Positions 57,722 to 64,000 of a DNA stretch of 64,000 nucleotides are shown here, one piece after another (the first letter of the stretch is position 1; each line of letters starts with the position of its first letter). Origin of the DNA: an uncultured Clostridium sp. Its GTDB lineage: Bacteria; Bacillota; Clostridia; Ch29. The position numbers and the translations under genes were made by a program. Under the pieces are notes generated by a model. It did not search any database and was not told the DNA's origin. It was given only the letters and a program-made list of their open reading frames with translations. The DNA is taken from the NCBI GenBank assembly GCA_964625335.1, contig CAZVBE010000011.1, forward strand, positions 692-64,691, given 5' to 3'.

Positions 57722-58276
57722 ATGCCACAGATAGGCCTTAAAAATATTCATTATGCGGTGTTAACAGAAGATACCGCCACGGAACTCAGTTATGAAAGCG
57801 TGAAAACCCTGACCGGTGCCATCATGGCCACCATTACCCCGACAGTGAATACCCAGGAACTCTATGCGGATGATCAGCTGTGGGAATCTGTCTCGGCTCT
57901 TGGCAAAATTGATGTGGAACTGGAAACAGCCGAGCTGCCGCTGGCAGCCCGGGCGGAGTTGACTGGCAGTACCTTAGGTCAGGACGGGGTCCTGGTGGAA
58001 AAAGTCTCCGATAAACCGCCCTACATCGCCCTGGGGTTTAAAAGCTTAAAATCCGATGGCAAGTACAGGTTTGTCTGGCTCTTAAAAGGTGTGGCGCAGC
58101 CGATCACTGAGGAGTATGCCACGAAAAAAGACAGCGTGGAGCACAAGACCCCGAAACTGACATTAACATTCATGCCTCGGATTAGAGACGGGGAATGGAA
58201 GCACACCGCCGATGAGGATGCCAACGACTTTGCCGGGGCGCTTACCTGGTTTAGCCAGGTACCCGTACCCACATGA
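57722..58276 (+). CDS. Phage major tail protein (phi13-like family)
   Basis: MPQIGLKNIHYAVLTEDTATELSYESVKTLTGAIMATITP is typical of this family. A TGA stop is followed in the same frame by a 77-codon open extension. Confidence 0.75.
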   Translation: MPQIGLKNIHYAVLTEDTATELSYESVKTLTGAIMATITPTVNTQELYADDQLWESVSALGKIDVELETAELPLAARAELTGSTLGQDGVLVEKVSDKPPYIALGFKSLKSDGKYRFVWLLKGVAQPITEEYATKKDSVEHKTPKLTLTFMPRIRDGEWKHTADEDANDFAGALTWFSQVPVPT

Positions 58277-58520
58277 AAAGAACCGCTCATCGCCTTGATT
58301 AGCGATGCCCAGAACCTACTGGATGGAGCCGTTGTGGGAACCGACCCGGGTGAATACCCGCAGAGTGCGGTGGATGATTTGGGTGACGCCATTACCGCTG
58401 CACAGACAGTGGCGGACGATGAGGACGCCAGCCAGGCTGCGGTGGATGCCGCTGTATCGGCACTGGCACTGGCCATCACTGACTTTGAAGAGTCGGTGAT
58501 TGAATAGGAGGGATAAACGG

Positions 58521-58820
58521 ATGGATTTAACCCTGCAAGTGAATGGTAAACCAAAAACCTATACCACCGGTTTTGTCAGCGCCCGGATGGTGCGGCAAAC
58601 TCTGGCCATGGCCAGGGGGATCAACTTTGAAGATTTGTCGCCGGAAGAACTGGACCAGCTGACGGATTATGTGGTAGAACTCTTTGGACGCCAGTTTACC
58701 CGGGATGAGCTGTATGACGGACTGGCCTCCCAGGAGCTCCTTCCCACCATCGAAGGATGCATTCAGGGTGTGGTGGGGACCTTGGGGCAGACCAGGAGTG
58801 ATGAGGGAAAAAACGGGTAG
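58521..58820 (+). CDS. Tail assembly chaperone (G-like)
   Basis: The assignment rests on position between the major tail and tape measure genes. It ends just after the GGGAAAA slippery heptamer. Confidence 0.7.
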   Translation: MDLTLQVNGKPKTYTTGFVSARMVRQTLAMARGINFEDLSPEELDQLTDYVVELFGRQFTRDELYDGLASQELLPTIEGCIQGVVGTLGQTRSDEGKNG

Positions 58821-58987
58821 CGGGGATCGTGACGGATCCCCAGGACTGGATCGATGAATTGTATCTGGGACTCTTAAAACAGGGATGGACTTTAAACGAC
58901 ATTGACACCATGGACATCGGTTATTACCTCCATCTTGTGAAAAAGGCTCAGGACAGAGAAACCGCATATATCGATGAAATCCTGTAA
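58521..58987 (+). CDS. Tail assembly chaperone G-T fusion via programmed -1 ribosomal frameshift
   Basis: The slippery heptamer G_GGA_AAA lies at 58805-58811. The -1 frame is blocked upstream by TGA TGA and open downstream through ...DIDTMDIGYYLHLVKKAQDRETAYIDEIL* (stop 58985-87). Confidence 0.65.
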
Positions 58988-59039
58988 CACCCAAAAAGGG
59001 GTGTTTTTTTATGCCGGAAAACGAGGGAGGTGACGGGCG

Positions 59040-62021
59040 ATGTCAGATGTAGGGCAGTTAAATGTGCGGGTGGGGATGGACAGCAGCGGGTTTCAAAACG
59101 GGGTCTCCAACTTAAACCGGGAGATGAAAAGAGTCCAGTCGGAGTTTCAACTGGCATCCTCTGAGCTGGGCAAACACGGCTCCGCTCTGGATGGGCTTCG
59201 CTTAAATTCCGACCGGTTAACACGTCAGACGGAACTGCAGCGCCAGAAAGTAGACGCATTGGAAGCCGCCCACCAGAAGTCGGTGGAAACCAAAGGCGCT
59301 GACGCCCGGGCTACGCAGGAACTGGAGATTAAGCTGAACAAAGCCAAAGCCACCTTAAACGGCATGGAGCAGGATTTAAAGAGCCTCAATCAGGAAATCG
59401 CCAAGCAGGAATCGGGCTGGTACAAACTGGGGAAAAGTCTGGAACCCATCGGCCAGAAGATGCAGGACATTGGCAAAGGGATGCAAAGTGTCGGCAAAGA
59501 CTTAACCCGCACTGTCACCCTTCCTTTAGTAGGCCTTGGCGCTGCCGCCATCAAAGTGGGGATGGATTTTGAAGCGGGCATGAGTGAAGTGGCGGCCATC
59601 AGCGGCGCTACAGGAGAAGAGTTTGAGAAATTATCGACTCTGGCCAAAGAGATGGGTGCCACCACCAAGTTCTCCGCCAGCCAATCGGCCGAAGCTATGA
59701 AATACATGGCCATGGCCGGCTGGGATACGTCCCAGATGCTGGACGGCCTGGATGGAATCATGATGCTGGCGGCGGCTTCCGGGGAAAGCCTGGCATCCGT
59801 TTCCGATATTGTCACCGACGCCCTGACCGCGTTTGGTATGTCGGCAGATCAGTCGGCTGATTTTGCTGATCTGTTGGCCAGCACCGCCAGCAGCGCCAAC
59901 GTCAATGTGGCCACCATGGGCGAGACTTTTAAATACGCAGCGCCCCTGTTCGGTGCTTTGGGTTACAGTGCAGAAGATGCGGCTTTGGCTATTGGTCTGA
60001 TGGGGAACGCCGGAATTAAAGGTTCCCAGGCAGGGACGGCACTAAGGGGAGCCCTCACCAGTCTGGCGGACCCTTCTGGTGATGCGGCGGTATTGCTGGA
60101 TGAACTGGGCATTTCCATTACTGATGCCAGCGGTGAGATGAAACCTTTTAAAGAAGTGATGGACGATCTAAGGAGTGCTTTTGCGGGTCTTGACGAATCC
60201 CAACAGGCGCAGGCTGCTTCCACCATCTTTGGTAGAAACGCCATGAGCGGGATGCTGGCCATCATCAATGCCAGTGATGATGATTATGCCAAACTCACGG
60301 AAGCAACCCGGGAATACAGCGGAGCGGCTAATGAGATGGCCGAGGTCATGGAAGACAATCTGCAGGGTCAGCTGACTAAGCTGAAATCTGCCCTGGAAGG
60401 GGTAGGGATCCAGATCTTTGAGATACTGGTTCCTCACTTAAACACCTTGGTGGCCGCCCTGATGAAAGCGGCAGAGTTCTTTGCCAAACTGCCGGAACCG
60501 GTGCAAACCCTCATCGTAGCCGCCGCAGGGCTTGCTGCAGCTCTTGGCCCTGTAATTTATATTCTGGGATCCATTGTGGCCAAAGCCGGTGTACTGGTCT
60601 CGGCGTTTTCCAAAATTGCTATCGCTATTGCCGGTAAAACAGCGGCGCTGGGTGGTGCGACGGCTGCTTCCGGGGCTTTGGTAGCGGCTAAAGGAGCCCT
60701 GGCGGCTGCTTTTGCTGCCTTGACCGCCCCCATCGCCCTGGTCGTAGCAGCTATTGTGGCTGTTATCAGCATAGGCTACCTGTTGATCAGGAACTGGGAC
60801 ACCATTAAAGAAGTGGGCGCGGCGGTATGGACAGGGCTGAAGGATGGGGTTTCAAGGGCTGTCAGTGGAATCGGCGAAGGGCTCACCCTGCTCAAAGACT
60901 GGTTTTCCGGTCTGCCCGCCAGGTTGTCTGCTGCCTTCCAAGCTGCCAGTGCCCATGTCGCCCAATGGGTCAGTTCGGTTCAGGAAGGTTTTGCTGAGGT
61001 AGTGACCCGGACGGGTGAAAAAGTGGTGGAGCTGGTGCAGTGGTTTCGCGAGCTTCCAGAACGGGTGGGAGTGTTTTTACTCAAACTCTTCTTTGAAGAC
61101 ATTCCTTACTATGTGGGCTATGGACTGGCTTCCATGGTCCAGTTGGTGCAGGAAGGCATCGAGGCGACGGTTCAGTGGTTTAGCGAACTACCGGAGAGGC
61201 TAAGTGCCTGGCTGGCCCAAACAGCTGAAAACATGGCACTGTGGTGGGAGACAGCAAAAGAAAACACCATCGAGACGGTGACGGCCATGATTCATCAAAC
61301 CGTTACCTTCTTCAGCGAATTGCCGGGTAAAGTTGGGCAGTGGCTGCAGAGCACCTTTGTAACGGTACGGGATAAAATGGCTGAAATTCGGTCGCGTATG
61401 GTGGAAAGCATCAAAGCGGCAGTTGCTGCAGTGATTGCTTTCTTCATGGAACTACCGGCAAAAGTGGGCCGGTGGTTGAGCCAAACCCGTCAACGGATCA
61501 TTGGGTTTGGAAGAGAAGCCTTGTCAGCAGCGAAAGAAGCCGGAAAAAGCATCGTCAAAGGCATCATGGATGAAGTGCTGGGGATACCCGGGAGGGTTGC
61601 CACAACCCTTAGAAATATCGGGACAACGATTCGCAATGCGGCCAGCAGCCTCTGGAGCAGCGCCAAAAATGCCGGTGCTTCGTTAACTTCCGGTTGGCAG
61701 GCTGGTATGGGGGAACGGTCCCCTTCCTATATTGAACGGTCCATGAGCCGGATTGTGGGATACATGGACGATTCCGTGAGCACCCTGGGCCGACAGTTTC
61801 AGGCGTTGGACAATTTCTCAGCTAATCCCACCCTGAGCATGGTGCCCGCCCTGGCTTATGCAGGAGGCAGCAGTGGATTCACTCAACGTCGGGAAACAAT
61901 GGACCAACCGCTGATTAGTCCCATTACCATTGAACACATGCATGTTAGGGATGATTCCGATATTGAAAAAATCGCTGTTCGCTTGCATGAATTGCAACGC
62001 AAACGCAGCAGGGGGGTGTAG
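59040..62021 (+). CDS. Phage tail tape measure protein
   Basis: It is 993 aa with an N-terminal coiled coil, the central TMP core domain (AAISGATGEEFEKLSTLAKEMGATTKFSASQ...) and a hydrophobic/Ala-Gly-rich segment. Confidence 0.85.
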   Translation: MSDVGQLNVRVGMDSSGFQNGVSNLNREMKRVQSEFQLASSELGKHGSALDGLRLNSDRLTRQTELQRQKVDALEAAHQKSVETKGADARATQELEIKLNKAKATLNGMEQDLKSLNQEIAKQESGWYKLGKSLEPIGQKMQDIGKGMQSVGKDLTRTVTLPLVGLGAAAIKVGMDFEAGMSEVAAISGATGEEFEKLSTLAKEMGATTKFSASQSAEAMKYMAMAGWDTSQMLDGLDGIMMLAAASGESLASVSDIVTDALTAFGMSADQSADFADLLASTASSANVNVATMGETFKYAAPLFGALGYSAEDAALAIGLMGNAGIKGSQAGTALRGALTSLADPSGDAAVLLDELGISITDASGEMKPFKEVMDDLRSAFAGLDESQQAQAASTIFGRNAMSGMLAIINASDDDYAKLTEATREYSGAANEMAEVMEDNLQGQLTKLKSALEGVGIQIFEILVPHLNTLVAALMKAAEFFAKLPEPVQTLIVAAAGLAAALGPVIYILGSIVAKAGVLVSAFSKIAIAIAGKTAALGGATAASGALVAAKGALAAAFAALTAPIALVVAAIVAVISIGYLLIRNWDTIKEVGAAVWTGLKDGVSRAVSGIGEGLTLLKDWFSGLPARLSAAFQAASAHVAQWVSSVQEGFAEVVTRTGEKVVELVQWFRELPERVGVFLLKLFFEDIPYYVGYGLASMVQLVQEGIEATVQWFSELPERLSAWLAQTAENMALWWETAKENTIETVTAMIHQTVTFFSELPGKVGQWLQSTFVTVRDKMAEIRSRMVESIKAAVAAVIAFFMELPAKVGRWLSQTRQRIIGFGREALSAAKEAGKSIVKGIMDEVLGIPGRVATTLRNIGTTIRNAASSLWSSAKNAGASLTSGWQAGMGERSPSYIERSMSRIVGYMDDSVSTLGRQFQALDNFSANPTLSMVPALAYAGGSSGFTQRRETMDQPLISPITIEHMHVRDDSDIEKIAVRLHELQRKRSRGV

Positions 62022-62416
62022 TGATGAGCGGGCACATTCTATTTACTTTCAAGGATGTCCCTGTTACCACAGCAGTGGCGGACATCCTGATTTCCGGCAT
62101 TAAACGCCCCTTGCGCCCGGCGGTCCAGCGACGCAAAGTTGAAATTCCCGGCCGGAACGGAGCCTGGGATTTTGGCCCCGGAGCCAGGCGGGATTTTGAG
62201 ATAGAAGTGGACTTTACCATTAAGGCGGTTGATACAGGCAGCCTTATGAACAAAATGCGCAGCCTAGCGGATTTTCTGGACGGGAAAGGCCCGCTGGTTT
62301 TCAGCGATGATCCGACAAAGGTTTATCAGGCTCAGGTGCTGCAGATCATCGTCCCGGAACGGGGTGTGTTTTCTGTTATCCGGTCGGGGACCATTGTGTT
62401 TGAATGTGATGCGTAA
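62021..62416 (+). CDS. Small phage tail protein (distal tail protein N-domain-like)
   Basis: It lies immediately after the TMP with overlapping stop and start. Confidence 0.45.
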   Translation: MMSGHILFTFKDVPVTTAVADILISGIKRPLRPAVQRRKVEIPGRNGAWDFGPGARRDFEIEVDFTIKAVDTGSLMNKMRSLADFLDGKGPLVFSDDPTKVYQAQVLQIIVPERGVFSVIRSGTIVFECDA

Positions 62417-62422
62417 AAGGGG

Positions 62423-62872
62423 GTGATTCCATTGGCTAATGCACTGTATGACAAAGGAAGGAATAAGTTCTTGCGGGGCGAGATCTCCTGGAATAATGAT
62501 GTCATCGATGTAGCGCTGGTGAACCTGAATGTGGATGAAGGTGGTTACAGTCCGGATCTGGCTAACGACGAGTTTTTCAGCGATATACCGGGGACAGCAA
62601 GAGTGGCCGTATTATCCGATAATGTACAACGAGAAACTGAGCTGGTGAATAAAACCACTGAAAACGGAGTGGCTGATGCAGCCAATGCGGTGTTTGAGGA
62701 AGTTGAAGGAGCGTTGATCGGCGCCATTGTGATCTTTAAACGGGGTGCAACCGATGAAGCATCGCCGCTTATCGCCTTTAAGGACACAGCCCTGGTATTG
62801 CCTGTGGAACCAGATGGCCGTGATATCACTATCAGTTGGAATGATGGCCCGAATAAAATTTTCAAGCTATAG
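62423..62872 (+). CDS. Hypothetical phage tail protein
   Basis: The assignment rests on position in the tail module. Confidence 0.4.
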   Translation: MIPLANALYDKGRNKFLRGEISWNNDVIDVALVNLNVDEGGYSPDLANDEFFSDIPGTARVAVLSDNVQRETELVNKTTENGVADAANAVFEEVEGALIGAIVIFKRGATDEASPLIAFKDTALVLPVEPDGRDITISWNDGPNKIFKL

Positions 62873-62883
62873 GGGGTGAGAAC

Positions 62884-64000
62884 ATGGCGAGGATTTTCCA
62901 GGACGGTTTCGAGACAGGTCGGCCTATGTTGCCAGGTGTAGGAGGGAATTTCGGTGTGTGGCTTGGCAGTCTGTGGCAGTCTAATCAAGATTCTGCTAGC
63001 CTTATGTCGCGGCATATTGGGGTACAGTCGGATATAGCTCGCGGTGCCAGATATGCGCTTGAAATGTATAAATCAACAACTAGCAATTATAGGCTGCAAA
63101 TTTTTAGAGATCTAGAACAAAATTTAGCTGACCATTACGGTAGAGTTGAATTTTATATTAAATTTGCGGATACCGCTCCAGGCAATAAATTTTCCATACT
63201 GCAATTGCGTGATGACACTTACGATAATATCGCAGGCAGTGTCTGGGTGGAAAAAGAAGCCGAATATATGAACATGTATCTTGATATTGGCGGTGTTCAA
63301 GTGGCTGAATGTGCGCAGGCGTTTATGTGTGATACTTGGGTAAGACTGGAGTGGCGGTTATCAGTAGATAATACTTCCGGTGTGTTTGAAGTCAGACGCA
63401 ATGGTGATACCCTACTATTGTTTGAAGGAGACACTGACCCTAACGGTACAGGGCATGTGAAGTATTTAAGCTTAGGCACAACCGATTCTAATGCTACGTT
63501 TGTTATGTATTATGACGATGTTGCCGTGAACGATATTACCGGAGAAATGAATAATTCGTGGCCAGGCCGAGGGAATATCATATATTTGCCTCCAAGAGCA
63601 GCTGGTGAGCATGCTGAATGGATACCCTCTGAACAGTCAGCCAATTTTTCCAAACACTTTGTAAAAAATATTATCTACTCCTCTTGTGAGTCACTTACCA
63701 GCTATCCTCCCGGAAATGCTTTTAATGAAGACAGCGGCAATTATTGGCGGCCGGTAGGTTATGCCAATGAATGGATTGGCTTTGAACTCTTATCATCCGC
63801 GGTTATAACTAGATTGTGGATAGGTGGGCAGACGACAAGCTACTCACCAGAGAATATTAGAATTGAAGGTTCTCATGACGGCGAGTCGTGGGATATCCTG
63901 GCAGAGGAGTATTTTGATAATAACGGGCAGTTCCACGAGTATGATTTTATAAATAGCACCGCTTATAAGTTTTATCGCCTGTATATTATCAGCGCTCACA
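62884..64000 (+). CDS. Phage tail/receptor-binding protein, 3' partial, with lectin-like N-region and F5/8 type C (discoidin) domain
   Basis: The frame is open from ATG 62884 to the window end (372 codons, hand-translated). The C-terminal visible part (IRIEGSHDGESWDILAEEYF...YKFYRLYI) is discoidin-like. GC appears noticeably lower by eye than the neighbouring TMP. Confidence 0.6.
   Translation, partial: MARIFQDGFETGRPMLPGVGGNFGVWLGSLWQSNQDSASLMSRHIGVQSDIARGARYALEMYKSTTSNYRLQIFRDLEQNLADHYGRVEFYIKFADTAPGNKFSILQLRDDTYDNIAGSVWVEKEAEYMNMYLDIGGVQVAECAQAFMCDTWVRLEWRLSVDNTSGVFEVRRNGDTLLLFEGDTDPNGTGHVKYLSLGTTDSNATFVMYYDDVAVNDITGEMNNSWPGRGNIIYLPPRAAGEHAEWIPSEQSANFSKHFVKNIIYSSCESLTSYPPGNAFNEDSGNYWRPVGYANEWIGFELLSSAVITRLWIGGQTTSYSPENIRIEGSHDGESWDILAEEYFDNNGQFHEYDFINSTAYKFYRLYIISAH

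Noticed and set aside
58274-58276. Selenocysteine decoding of the in-frame TGA in the major tail protein, considered because the host carries mnmH and so uses selenium.
   Set aside because: No SECIS-like hairpin is evident immediately downstream, and mnmH concerns tRNA selenouridine, not Sec insertion. Readthrough or mutation are the simpler explanations.
58021-58994. Minus-strand ORFs of 177 and 155 aa across the major-tail/chaperone region.
   Set aside because: They are antisense to the conserved tail module genes and to the G/G-T frameshift structure.

Overview
This is a Firmicutes/Clostridia-like chromosomal segment of roughly 50% GC, judged by eye. The window contains no integrase and no CRISPR array.

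Bases 1-22.9 kb are host genes. They include a 5'-partial HPII-type catalase, a TraX-like membrane protein, and a tight minus-strand three-gene operon. That operon encodes a 1678-aa multidomain protein (HD, helical repeats, NMNAT-like HIGH nucleotidyltransferase, PRTase-like), an LDH/MDH-like dehydrogenase and an Fe-S flavoprotein. It is my best candidate for an undescribed system. The host region also carries tandem tRNA-Gly(CCC)/tRNA-Val(GAC), an M23 peptidase, a T-box leader ahead of a serC-like/serA pair, mnmH, a cobalamin riboswitch ahead of cobT and a B12-binding radical SAM gene, a REC-GGDEF regulator, a 400-bp degenerate repeat tract and tRNA-Ala(GGC).

Bases 22.9-64 kb are a siphovirus-like prophage beginning right after tRNA-Ala. 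It opens with a Phd/YefM-like gene translationally coupled to a complete type I RM system (hsdMSR). An XRE/ImmA switch with inverted operator repeats follows. The replication module holds DUF2800, DUF2815, a family A DNA polymerase, a prim-pol/VirE helicase, an ori-like repeat region, a VRR-NUC gene and an SNF2 helicase broken by a 5-bp tandem duplication. Next come an HNH endonuclease and TerS. A 5.7-kb insertion between TerS and TerL carries two tandem ParB-DNA methyltransferases and an amidoligase/GGCT cassette whose amidoligase is split at an A8 run. After TerL sits a promoter/two-gene/terminator moron. HK97-like portal, protease and capsid genes follow, then head-tail connectors and a major tail protein with an in-frame TGA-separated extension. 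A G/G-T chaperone pair with a canonical GGGAAAA -1 slippery site, the tape measure, small tail proteins and a 3'-partial low-GC discoidin-domain tail protein complete the window.
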